Positions 11,385-23,739 of a DNA stretch of 64,000 nucleotides are shown one piece after another. Where the stretch lies: contig OZ316896.1 in assembly GCA_973895155.1 (NCBI GenBank), positions 1,674,001-1,738,000 on the forward strand, written 5' to 3'. The notes below the pieces were generated by a model. The model saw only the letters and a program-made list of their open reading frames with translations, did no database searches and was not told the origin of the DNA. The DNA comes from Marsupella aquatica. Lineage: Eukaryota; Plantae; Marchantiophyta. A program made the position numbers and the translations under genes. How positions within the stretch are numbered: position 1 is the stretch's first letter; every line of letters starts with the position of its first letter.

Positions 11385-12282
11385 CGGCGGAGTAGGAATA
11401 GAATAGGGTTAGGAGTAGCTAGGTCAGGCTATTGGGACAGGCACCTGCCTTAGTTACAGTAGTACTGCCATGTTGTCCAGCCTGCGTAGATTAGGATCTT
11501 CTAATAAGACACAGCCGTTTTTCGGCCTGAAAGTCAGATTAGTTAGGACCTAAGTCAGCGAATCTTCGGGCGGGAGGACACTCCGTTCCCCGGCCCTTAG
11601 TATTTAGTGCACCCCTCGGTAGAGGCAGGGGGTTTTTAGTCTCAGAGTTGGACATCCGTGGTATGTGCGGGGAGTCCCGACCTCTGGGAGTGAAAGAGTA
11701 CCAAGGGGAGGGGGTAGGACTAAGCTCGCCGGGCGAGTGCGAAGCCGGGCTCCATTGTAGTATACTCTCTCGGCCTTGAACCTGTTCATTCCGGAGCTAT
11801 CGGGTCAACCAAGTGTACACACATGTCCCCTATGTAGTAAAATCCTTTCCCATTATTTCCTTCGTGTAAATCGAGATTGTATGCTTGTGCGCATGTATGT
11901 GTGTGTGAATCTCGTATATAGGTGACAATGCCGGGCCGAACGCACTACCCGAGTCGTGCACGGGGTGCAGCTTGCGGGGATGTGGTTGCGAGCACGGGTT
12001 GAGGAACTGTATCATAGAATCCGAATCAAAGGCGGACAATATGAAGGCCTAGAAGTCCTTAAGCCGGGGTCGATCCTATTATCGACTAAGGTACGTTCCG
12101 GCGGCGGAACATAAACCATACCTAGGAGATGCCCGTATCTAACAGTAGGCGCACTTAGCGCTAGTTTACGTGAATTAGGTGCATTACGCGCTTCCCTCCC
12201 TGCCCGAACCCTCATATTTATGAAGGAGGTGCCCGTTTAAAGCTGAAGCCCGAGTTTAGGCCAAGGCTGATGACGTGATAGC

Positions 12283-12358
12283 TACGGTCCTAACGACCGT
12301 ATAACTTGACCTAATCTATGACCTGGGTTCGGTTAAGTGACACGTCACCCGTGTCACA
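12283..12358. other. Terminal cap with two perfect hairpins
   Basis: TACGGTC-CTAAC-GACCGTA (12283-12301) and GTGACACG-TCACC-CGTGTCAC (12337-12357), the second abutting the terminal CA. Confidence 0.7.
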
Positions 12359-15137
12359 TTTGGTCAAGAGTCAAGTTGACGGTCGGGAGAGTTTTGTCGT
12401 TGAGCACTGGGCCGATTGGTTTCTCTATGATGACAGTGGGGACTACTTGGAATGTGGCCACGTTGTTGAAAATTTGGTGGGGAAGGTTTTCGTTCAGCTC
12501 TTGTAGGAGGTGGGATGTGTGGTGGGTGGAGTAGAGGTGCGATGCGCAATACTCAAGCACCAACTTGTGTATGTCGTCGACGCTGGTTATCAACTTGCGA
12601 TGTATGCACTCGTGCAAGTAGCTCCATGTCTCACTTATGGGCCTGAGGAGAATCTCGCCTTCTGCACGGAATCTCACGACCTTCAGGAGGTAGTTATAGA
12701 AAAAGCTGTTCATCCTGTATACTGGATGATACTCCAAAAATTGCATGAGCCAATCCGTCCGATACACAAAATTGCCTTGCAAATCCCTACTGACGTAGTC
12801 TTTGGTGGTGTTTTTCTTATTGGTTAGGACCTCGTGGTTGGTGAAGTAGTCGTAGAAGGACATTGCAAACATGTCCTCGGGCCTCTATGCGTAGAGTTTG
12901 GTGGGATGCAAACATATCCCCGAGGACTTACGGTAGATAGCGGACCTCAATTTCGAAGGTGGCGAGTCCATGAACGCCACTATCTCCGAGCACTGGATGA
13001 TGCTGATTTTGAGGCACGTCAAGGTCGCCTCCGTGGCGCACACGCTCTGAGATAGGATGGCTCCGCTAACGAGCTTGAGTTGGACTTCAGATAGGTCCTC
13101 GAGTCCTAAAGTACGTGCATCATTTGCATTGAGCTGGAGTGATCCCATGGGCTCACATTTGATGGCGTACTTGAGCAAATAGAATGACCAGGCCGCGTTT
13201 GTGACACGCTGTAGGTTCATGTGTGCACCCTATAACAGCAACACGAGCGAGTGGTATGGCACAACATTTTGGTGGTGGTCGCTTGGCGTGTGGTACCTCC
13301 ATTTCCTCATGGTGGGGTCGATGGCCGCATCTTTGTCGAGGTGAGTTTCTTGAGGGAAACCCAACTTGCAGTACTTGAGGCCGGTTTGGGAGTGCCTTTG
13401 CAAGCACAAGCCCTCCTTGCAGTAGTGAAGTTGTTTCGTCACCACGTTGCGATACAGGGTCTTTTCTTCAAGTCCATTCGGCTCTTCAAATCTGCCGGAT
13501 GTTGAGTCAAATCTGCCAGGGATGAATGTGGCTATTTCATTCGTGACTCGATCAACGTTGCAATCCTTGACCCATAGCACCGTGTGGGCGTGGAGTGATC
13601 CGCGGCCCTACAACTCATACTTGATGACATAGTGGATCATATTTCCGATTATGGCGCATTTTGACAAAATGTAATCCCTGAAAAAACGTTGGATTTATTC
13701 ATGGAAGAGCACGGCGCATCAACAGGACAATATTTCCATGAGAAGGTTGGATTCATCCTCTTCACAACGTTCCCAAGGTCGGCGATCTCAGGCCAATAGG
13801 TGTCACTGAGCTCATCGCAAGTGAGCGTGAGGAAGAAGTGGGGCAATCCCCATTTTCTCACCATGCACTTGAGGTTGTCGAGGTGTCTTTCATGCCACGC
13901 CGGGCTTCCAGGAACGGCCTGCATGATTGTCTTTTTTATCAGCATTTTGTATATTTCCTTCTCGCTAAAGTGGGGGCACTTCTCCTTGATCTGCATGTAT
14001 TCCTTGTCAATTACTATCGTCCTGCTCATGCTTGCTACTTGGCTGGCATGTCACAATTGGTACATGATAAACATGTACGGCTTGTACAAAGTGAATATGC
14101 TGAACAACTATTGTGTTCTCCATTTCATGTAGTCAATCACTTAAGCTAAGTTGTCCTCAATGGAAACCCCTTGAGTGGACAAACAAGAACGGGAACATTG
14201 CATTTTCCAATGTCAATTGCGGATCGTTCGACAATCCTTCCATGTCAGTGTTGACGCTCTCTTCCGAGCACATTCTCTTGCGGTCGTACACAGTGCCGGA
14301 ACGAAAGACCTGGTACTTGCGCTTGCGTGAAGTCAGGATCATGTACTGCACATCTTGGAGGATGTGCAGGTCGGGGTTGAATGGGTCAAAGTTCATGGAT
14401 CTTGTGGTGAGTCCCTTTGCCCTCTTGTCTTTGATGATGTTCTCTACTCCATCGGAACTAGGATGGACAGTCTTAGTGACGGGTCTGGCAGCTCGACCAA
14501 TGAAACGTATCTTCTAAAAAGTTGGTTGGTCATCAAATTGAGTTCCATGACCTCGTATATCTATCGCATGATCTCCTCTCGATTATTGCACTCTAGCGTG
14601 TCAAGATTCCAGGATATGAGCGGGTTGTCAAGGAGGTTTTCCTTTTTGTAGAAGCCAGAGTGGAAGCCATTGTACTTTTGTATGATGCCTAGTCGACAAT
14701 CGATTAGCGAGAGCAATTGCATGTACAACGGCTTCGCAGCTAGGATGTCGATCGCATATTGCGGAGATATGAAGGAGTTTATCTGGATACGGGTGGGGTT
14801 TTGCACGCAAGTCACGCACACGTTGATTGTTCCATCTTGGTTCTCAATGTACTGGTTGACAAATGCGTTGCATATGCCGTACGGCATCATGTTCACCTTT
14901 GGTATGGTGGTGAATGTCTTGTCGAGCCTCGGAGTGTTTCCGTATCGAGCTAGTTCGCACATCCCGCACACCTTCATGCCTTGGATTGTCTTTTAATTCG
15001 CAAACGACTCTCCATTCTTGGAGATAAAATGGGGCTGAGGCCCATCCTTGACATAACGGACTCAATGACTCAGCACAAGTGTTTATTGCACGCCTTCGTG
15101 CGGCATGTCTCTTCTCGGACATTGTACGTCGTGACAT
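12359..15137 (-). pseudogene. Helitron Rep (HUH Y2) portion plus Cys-containing N-terminal region
   Basis: PGSPAWH...GLPHFFLTLTC...WPEI (motif 1), YEL*GRGSLHAHTVLW (motif 2), YLLKYAIKCE (motif 3). Upstream CGMC and CVTC pairs. Several stops and frameshifts. Confidence 0.9.
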
Positions 15138-15301
15138 TTTTGGGGAAACCTATGCAAAGGATTATGAACTCATCAATTTTCTTAGCTAGGGTCCATCCAA
15201 AATTTGCTCAATGAAATCCCAGAAATGAGACTTGCTTATCATGATCTCGTAGTAACCAAGAAGAGTTGGTTACTTGGCTCCAACTCAAGTTAGTAGAGCG
15301 C

Positions 15302-15401
15302 TAAACACTTCTTGAAAGTCATGCCATAAACACTACTCAAAGGACATGCCATAAACACTACTCAAAGGACATGCCATAAACACTACTCGAAGGTCATGCC
15401 A
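15302..15401. repeat. 25-bp tandem repeat, 3 full copies plus partials
   Basis: CATGCCATAAACACTACTCAAAGGA at 15320, 15345 and 15370. Confidence 0.9.
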
Positions 15402-16130
15402 CTCATGAAGCAGGCGGTCGCGCGGCCTGTATCCACCAACACAACACCCAGATTACCGTTAGAACTTGTGACATTCACAAAAATTGGCTTGTCAGGATGT
15501 ACTGTCTTAGAACCTTAGGTAATTTCTCTCGCAACAACACCTTCTCTCCGATAGGCATATCCCCTATAGGGACCTCATCAACTACTAAGGGTTCGGTTAG
15601 AGCAATACTTACATTAATGCCCTTCTACCTTCCATCTCCGCTCGGCTTGCCACCTTGGTGGAACAATCCTTACTTTGATAACCCTTGGCGCCACACGTGA
15701 ATCACTATAAAGTTGTGGAGTTGTGTATGTAGGGTCTCTTGCCCCGTCGGGATACACACCAACTGGTTTTGATAATAAGTGATGAGCTTTTGGGTATCAC
15801 CCCTAAAGCTCATTTACGTTACACATCTCTAAGTGTGCCGCTCTAGGTACTTAGTGGGTGACATGAGCACGAAGACCCTCAACTAGGTTTTCCCAAGTTA
15901 ACGGCAAGGAGGAGTCCTCTTGCGACTTCTTCCAAGACTTGTACCATGTCAAGGCATAGTTCTCCCAGGTATTTTGGTTAGAGCAATACTTACATTAAGG
16001 TATAGTTACCAATCAAGGTATAGTTCTCCCAGGTATGCGAAACCCTATTGCATCATTCACACGATAGGCCCACAAAGATAATACGGTTTAGGTGGTGTTG
16101 GAGACACCCAAGTAAATGGGCGTGGACAAA

Positions 16131-16422
16131 AGCTACCATGTTAGCCGAATCAAGAAATTTGTCCAAGACGATGATCCCACCTGGGATCAAGTCTTGCGTT
16201 TGGACGCTATGCTGGTGGAGGACGCTCAGGAGTTTGAGGTGGAGGCAATTCTATACGTTTGTTACAAACGCAAGTTGGGAAGACAAATCTTAGTCAGAGT
16301 ATTTCGTGAAGTGGGCTGGTTATGACCAGGCCGAGAATAATTGGCAACCGGAAGAAAATTTGGGTAATGTCTCAGAGATCTTTGGAAGCTATCGTAACCG
16401 AAGTGGCCTACCGCCTTTGTGA
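16131..16422 (+). pseudogene. Chromovirus (Ty3/gypsy) integrase C-terminus with chromodomain, frameshifted
   Basis: YHVSRIKKF (end of the GPY/F region), then FEVEAIL...EYFVKWAGYDQAENNWQPEENL after one frameshift. Confidence 0.8.
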
Positions 16423-16503
16423 CTTGGTACATGCAACTATAGAACCTTGTAATCTAATCTAATGAATTATATAGGTTTAATACTCAATATGAAGATATAT
16501 TTG

Positions 16504-16507
<4 letters not shown>

Positions 16508-16534
<27 letters not shown>
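16508..16534. repeat. (TA)n microsatellite
   Basis: About 13 TA units. Confidence 0.95.
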
Positions 16535-16535
<1 letters not shown>

Positions 16536-16603
16536 AAGACTTTTTTCTTCATGTTATTTACAAAGTGAGGATCTTTGTTGCAATTCAAAATTGTAATGAC
16601 AAA

Positions 16604-17660
16604 AAGCAATTCATACATGGCTATGATTTGGAGTTGGTCCGGATTCGAAGCACACTAAACCGTCTTAAAGGACCGCAACAGAGTAAATGCCAAATTAAAT
16701 AACCAAAAATTATATTAGAAAATAGCAAGGAGTTTAGGGTTCAATAATCATGTTAAAAACCACACAAAAAGCAGGAAGAACTTGAAGTCAGGAGACAGCA
16801 AACCTGTATGTAGAAGTGTTGTTTAACTTATTCGGAGCTTCTCTTCTCTAGGTAACTTGAAAACTCACGTTCAACTTCCCGAACATCATTAAGTAAGTCG
16901 GCCGACACACCATGCCCTTTCTGCAAGAAGACTTGTGTGAGTACTAAACAAACGTTCCATTAGATAAAGTGTCCACCTCTAGTAAGTTACACTAACTAGG
17001 CCTCTTACCCAAGATTTCTTGAAAGTAAAGATATGAAGAAAGAAAAAGCTTGCACGGAAACAATATACAAAGTGTGTGACTTAACATTCTTATTAATTAG
17101 TGTAGATTAGGAAAAAGTGTTCACACCATTTAGTAAGTGAACATAATACACAAAATACATAATACTTCATACAAATCTATCATGCGAATTGTAGAATAAT
17201 GAGTTACTCCCCCATAAACTATTACAATAACACCCAGTGAGTCACTCTAATTTTGGTGACACATAATTAGGTAAGCAATTCAGACATGGCTATGTTTTGG
17301 AGTTGGTCCGGATTTGAAGCACACTAAACCGTCTTAAAGGACCGCAACAGAGTAAATGCCAAATTAAATAACCAAAAATTATATTAGAAAATAGCAAGGA
17401 GTCTAGGGTTCAATAATCATGTTAAAAACCACACAAAAAGCAGGAAGAACTTGAAGTCAGGAGACAGCAAACCTGTATGTAGAAGCGTTGTTTAACTTAT
17501 TCGAAGCTTCTCTTCTCTAGGTAACTTGAAAACTCACTTCCAACTTCCCGAACACCATTAAGTAAGTCGCCGACACACCATGCCCTTTCTGCAAGAAGAC
17601 TTGTGTGACTTAACATTCTTATTAATTAGTGTAGATTAGGAAAAAGTGTTCACACCATTC
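16604..17660. repeat. Local direct duplication (16604-17130 vs 17273-17660)
   Basis: Near-identical AAGCAATTCA...TGTGTGA blocks. The second copy lacks ~16941-17079, which lies between two TGTGTGA microhomologies. Confidence 0.9.
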
Positions 17661-18679
17661 AGTTATGACAAGCAAGATTGACAATGACATGGAACCCTAC
17701 TACAAAGCAACAATCTCCTGGATAACTCTACCCAAATGATTCAGCTGTACTTTACCCAAAGGGTGTATTCTGGAGCTCAAATCTCTTATTTTCTCAAGTA
17801 CCTCAGTGCCTTGCCCTTTTCTCTTATTTCAGAGTAAACCCATAACTTAGGCCAAAAACATGGCCCCTCTGATCAACAGTCAAGCCAGCAATAATTGTTA
17901 GGGCTGAGTCAAACTCAACGAAACAGTTGACTCTGAAAAGCCTGTGCATCCTGCAAATGCTTTTTCATGTTGTGAGCTTTGTTCACAAAGGACGCGATTT
18001 GCAATATCTAGGGCTATATTCGTACGTTACTTCGGCAACAGAATTGATAAGACCCTGATCTCGAGCTAAACAGAACCTCAAGGTATCTTCAGAAGACATG
18101 CAGAGCCAGTTCAGTAATACGTGATCACATCAGAACATGGGATCCCCCATATAAGTAGGACGAGCTGACTTCCTCTATCCCGAAATTGCAAAGCGACCAA
18201 AATTCCGCATTTGTATTGCAAAATTTTCAATGAGAATCTGAGTTCCTTTATCAGGCCATGTTCCTTTCCAGAAGAAGGGACACTAGTATCCACCGATTCC
18301 CCAGTATCCCTGAATTCTTAATATGTCCCAAGTGTGCTCTATCCAGACTCGTAAAGGCAGTCGAACGTAGCCGTAAGTCCTAGATACAATCCCCAAAAGT
18401 AATTGGCTTGAAAAACATGTACTGTGTTCATCTTGACCATTACCATCCTTAGTATTACATTATGGTATTTTGATACTAGTTTTGCCCATATCTATTTTGT
18501 TATACACAACTAAACAACAATCCTGGGATGCACTACTACGAATGCCTCAAAGTGCAATCCCCATTCAATTCAACAAATTCTTATAGTGTGCAAACTACAT
18601 TAAGAGTTGTTACGGCTCAAGGATACCCTGAGATTTACCTTTATGGAATTCATTAGACATTTTTATCGACTCAGATACT

Positions 18680-21300
18680 TTGAGGTATGCAGATCTAGAG
18701 CCACTGAATACTATGTTGGAGGAGCTTATCAACGAGTTATGGATTCGTGACTTCGGTCGTTTTGAAATTTTCTACAGCAATTGAATCAGAGGGACGCTCA
18801 AAGTAGTCTGAACAGTGCAATCGAGGCAATCCAAGAAAACATTGGCAAGGGATCGACGCTAATTGACCCACAAAAGGTTGCACCAAAGAACTTGAGAACT
18901 TTGGTATGTACAAACACAAATCTACACTCCCTCAACTCCCATGTAGTAATGCGATTGAAAACACAGCAAGAGGATACTGAATGGCAATTCACCCTTCGCA
19001 CTTAACTGAACCAGCCCTGAAATTCAATCATGGGTAATCGGGTTACTGTCCTTTGCAGTACGAAGAGAAGAAGGACACTTTGAGCAAGCAGATATTGCTT
19101 GATCTTGAAGCTAGCTTTTTGGCTTTGGAGGAGAGTGACCGTGGCATGATGGAGAAGGTATTCTCTTAAAATTGGAGTTGTTCCGGAACATGTCTTTCAG
19201 TTTACATTTTGCTCTATTGGTTGCTAATAGATATCAAGAGCTGCCCATTGAGTTTTTTCAGTTGTATAGTCTAATGATGAAACAGTTGGAGAGCCGACAG
19301 CCATTGGTGAACTTTCATACCGAAGTCGTGTTGAACTTGCTGTGGATAGTCAATGGAGAGAATTCTTTACCCTGGTCCTACTAAATTCCATTCACATTCG
19401 CTCAGTGATAAATCCTTAAATTAAATGTGCGGAACCATTCTGACCCAAACGGAGTAAGCGTAGGTAAGATCGAGTTTACTAGGCTATGCACTGCTCTCAT
19501 GAAATTTAAGGGTGTTGAAGCAGTATCCACGTTACGAGTGGGATCGCTTGATCTGACAACTGTGGATTTATTGCTCCATCTTTGTACTCCAGGATGCCTT
19601 CGTCAAAACATGCTCGAGTATAAAGAACCTACCAGACAAGATGACGTGAGTCAGTATAACACTCTTTAATTTAGGCGGTAATCATTCGGTCAATACTTAG
19701 TGCATCTGGCAATAAATACATTTCCACCTGGTAGAACGAATTCCTATTCTACTGGGCTCATCAAGATATATTTTTTGCCCGAGAAGCACACAGTCCACTT
19801 GAAAATGGACTCTCGAGATGGAAAGGAAATCAAAGAAAGTGAGCGACTAGATTTTCCGTAAAGCTGAAGCGAGAATCAGAAGAGAGACATCAAAATCCTA
19901 GACCCCCGCACCAATATTTAGCTAGAATTTTGGCAGTAACAAATTGGAACTAATTATGAACATCAGATTTTTTGCTACTCCAAAGATTAAGAATAGATGT
20001 CATGCTAGTTCACTCTGATAGAGGCAGTAACAGTATACTTGCCTATCATCTCATTCTCAAAGGTTGAAAATATGAGAATACTTCTATTCGAGTTGAACTG
20101 GCTACGTAAATGCCCACATGTTACTACTATTGAAGTTGAATACTTGCAGGTGGAATCCCTTCCTGCCAAAGCGAGAGCTGGCACTCTACGACTTGCCTTG
20201 GCCGCCATCTCGACCCGTAAACTTGATCTATATCATAAGCACCATTGATTTGTAGCCTGTGGAAGTATGCTCTGAGCGATAGCCAAACATGGTTGGACAG
20301 TATACATGTTACAGTCTAACATCTCAGTCTTAATCCATCTTCTTTCCATCTACATAGCTGCAAGTCCTTCTCTGAAGGCATGTACTTTGAATCTTTTTAG
20401 GAGACTATATATATCTTAGAATAGGAAGAATATGATCTATCCATCTATCTCCACTGGGCGGCTACGTAGCTAAGCTGCTATCTCTCTTCTGAGAATTGGA
20501 CCTCCCTGATGGCCGTTTTACTATATACTCAGAATTGATTGGAGTGGAGTTATTTAGGATAGGTTTCGGGACAACCTCACGGTTTAGAGGCATGTACTGT
20601 TACTTGCTGCATATGATTTTGATAGTCTCATAAGTAACTGATTGCAGGGATCAGTACTGTGAGGTCTGCGCCACTGTCAGCTTGCTTGCTGCTCCTCAAA
20701 AGTGACTGTGGGACACCATGACACCGACAGTCATGATGGACCTCAAACTTGCAGATGACGGCAGACATATCCTACAGTTGCCCTTGTGTACATTCGTTAG
20801 GTCAGCTGTTGCAGCTTTCCTTTGAGGTCAAGATTGTGAGTGGACTCTTAGGTTGGACGCGGAAAGCTCGCGATTATTAGACCAACTCATGCGTTCAGGA
20901 GGATTTACGTGTCGGAAACGGCTTGGATTTCCTACAGCATCTTGTTTGGTGGAAGGAAAGATTGCATTCGAAGTGAGAAAGCTTTTTAGAATAGAAAATA
21001 TTGGATAAACTACTGACTGTCTCTGTCGGGGTGGCTTGTAGAGTGTGGCGATGGATGCGTCACTTTCAAATATGGAGCGCTGGAGGACTTGTGGGGCCTC
21101 GATAGGCTACTTGAATTTCTCACTGGCGGGGCGTTTCATAGTCATTCGGCAGAGTCATTCATTCGTGTCATCGTTGAACTGTTCAGGGTTCCCATTTCTT
21201 ATAGAAGCCAACAGAGGATGGTGGATTTTCTTTCATCGGAAATTTGCCTCCATAGCAAACTCGTAAATTAAGCAAGCTTCATTTGTTGCCTCGTCCTGTT
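18680..21300 (+). pseudogene. Heavily decayed coding remnant of unknown family
   Basis: Series of protein-like, Leu-rich plus-strand fragments (18781, 19172, 19427, 20039, 21089) separated by stops and frameshifts. No diagnostic motif recognised. Confidence 0.3.
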
Positions 21301-23739
21301 GATTTTTGGAGTCTTGCTTGTGACACCGATATTGACCTCTGTCACGACTGCAGAAGGTGGTTCAAGCTAATTGAAGGGCCCCTGTTGAGAAAAGTCTATG
21401 GTCATGGATTCATAAACTAAAATATCGCAACATGCTCAATCGATATGTCATGGTTATGCTAGCTCTAATTGCCAATCCCAGGTCCAAAAATCCAGGTAAT
21501 CCGTGGTTGGTGGACACACAAACAGGTTGAAAGGTTCAAGAAGCACCGGCAGCCTTTGTCTGATGTCAACACGGTAGGATCGAATCTAGCAAGGTCATAA
21601 TCGTTCCACTGAGCCCAGTTTTCTCCATTGTCAAAATCATTGCCGAAAAGTAGTGGAAGTTGAAATCGCTTTGATAGGCTCAAACAGATTGAGTGCTGAA
21701 CGCTGGAGTTGGGACTGGAGATATGGAAACTTTAGGAGAAGGGGGGCCGGGAGGAACGAGAAGTTGAGAACGATAAGAACAATGAGCTCTCAGGCTATGA
21801 AATCCTAAGTCAGGGGGAGATCCAGCAACGCCAGGAAGACATGGTTTCTAGGGTCACCAAGATCCTATCAATCTTGAGGCCTGAAGCTGAGGTGATATAA
21901 GTGATCGTATTTGAAAAAGCCTTTCCTAATGCCCGACAACGACCAATATCTTTCAAGACGCAATTGGGGGAAGAGAGAATGATTCGCAATATGATCTATT
22001 CTCCCACATTTACAGCATTTTAAAGCACTAACTCAAAATGTTACCAACTATGGCAGGTACTCAAAGTTGTACACAATACACATAAGAATTTTAATCTGCA
22101 TAATTCAATAACGTATGACTTGAGGTCAAAACATGGCCACCATACAAAATGAATTGATTGGTAAATGCTGTCTATGCAGACAGAGACAGACAAGTTCTGG
22201 TGTGGGCTATTTCAAACGCTAGAGCGTTGTTTCCTTCCACAACAGACATCGATCCTCCGCGTCAGAGGAGAATCTACATCAAATGTCATCATCCATTCTA
22301 AATACCGGAACTCTAAATCCCATTCCTTCATCGAAATTCAGCTCAGTGACTGGTCATCAGGAAAATACGACGATTGGACACACTTCCTGAGAAGACTCTT
22401 TTTCAGTTTTGGGACGACATCCTTCTATTTCTGCATCTAAAAGCGTTGAAAAACTTATCACCCTTGCCGACCGATTCAAGCAATCCTCGAGCTAGTGGTC
22501 ATTGAAAATAAAGCCAAGTACGCCCATAGCAATGGCACCATCAGACGCTTCCAGACCCTAGGGACAACATTGAGTACCACCGACTCTCCATCTACTTGAT
22601 GCTTCAGCTTTTCCCCCGCAGGCGTACCCGCTTTCGTTTCCATAACATCCTTCTGCCTTTCGATCTTATCTAACAGGGGATCCGACACCAGGTGGTGTCC
22701 AAGAATCTTACAGAAAGGGGATTCGGGCGTTTGTTGCAACGTCTGTACAAATCTATGGAACCTTAATGGACAAATAACGAAAAGAAGTGCAAAAGATTTG
22801 ATGCACCTGTGCAATGGAAGGAAGAGCCAATTAATGGAGCAGGGTTTCTTAGATGGGTTCCTCCTACCTGGAGAATGGAAACTAGAGTCGTTCTCGGTGA
22901 GAGATTTGTAGTTGAGCTTCGGTGATCAGCAAGAGTAGTTGAGGTCGATCAGTCCTAATTGAGCTTCGGTGCTCACCAAAAACATTTGAATATATAACAG
23001 CGACGAAAACTCGGCAGCTTGGACGTGCATAGATCCTCGATTATCTCCTTATCGTTTTTTCTTTCATTCAATCACTGTTTCTGGTTTTGTACCGATTCGG
23101 ATCTCTCGTTTCTTCTTTCAGGATCAGGTGCGAGGCTTTCTCTCGATCTTGTCACTGTCCTTATCGATTCTCTTTGCTTCTCCTTCTTTCTGCTCGATCT
23201 ATTTGTTTCTGATTAAGATGTGCTGCGCCTCTTTTCTGTCCTCGATCAGTTCTCATTTTTGCTTTCTTCATTCGGCTTCTATTTTTTTTTTGTGTGTTTC
23301 TCCAACATTCCTCTTTTGCACTTCAAGAGGCGATTCTAAAAACTCCTTTCGAGCTTTCCTCTTTTCATTTCACTTCATCAAGAGCCTTCCTCCGTTTTGA
23401 AATGTTGATCAAGAGCCTTCCTCCGTTTTGAAATGTTGATGTGCTTCTTTTGTTCCGACGGTTTTGTTTGGGCAGTTACAGGAATACGGTTACTTTTAAT
23501 GTTGAACACTATTTATTTTTATAAAAAAACATTTATAAATTTAAGTAAAGTGATTATGGGTGAATGTTTTTAATCTCGTCCTTTGTATCAATCAGTTTGG
23601 ATGAATTACTTTTAAGTATTCTTACATTATGTTTTGACGGCACTGCGTTCATAAAATTACACAAAAATTGACGTAAACAAGATGGAGAGGAGGTTATTCA
23701 ATGCGCAAACATGACGCAGAGTCGCGGAACTCGATTACC

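Larger units (their letters stand above)
4164..12358 (-). mobile_element. Non-autonomous LTR-retroelement-like insertion (Ty3/gypsy Tat-like by PBS) with palindromic two-gene architecture
   Basis: Starts TGTTGCA, ends TGTCACA, flanked by TTTGG at 4159-4163 and 12359-12363. tRNA-Asn PBS at 4487-4503. No gag, RT or integrase motifs seen. Long diverged inverted arms. Confidence 0.85.
3119..15180 (-). mobile_element. Decayed Helitron-superfamily element (Rep + Pif1 helicase), interrupted by the 4164-12358 insertion; termini not identified
   Basis: HUH Rep motifs 1-3 and Pif1 motifs occur in the correct order on the minus strand. Removing 4164-12358 and one TTTGG restores the in-frame read VNLTLDQ-IRVFEALKDVKSGLFMIVGNPGSGK. 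Confidence 0.9.

Noticed and set aside
12267-12301. Hammerhead ribozyme (CTGATGA followed by a hairpin)
   Set aside because: No GAAA core or closing stems found.
15302-15401. CRISPR-like array (also 26700-26830 and 62520-62665)
   Set aside because: Repeats are head-to-tail with no unique spacers, there are no cas genes, and the context is eukaryotic.
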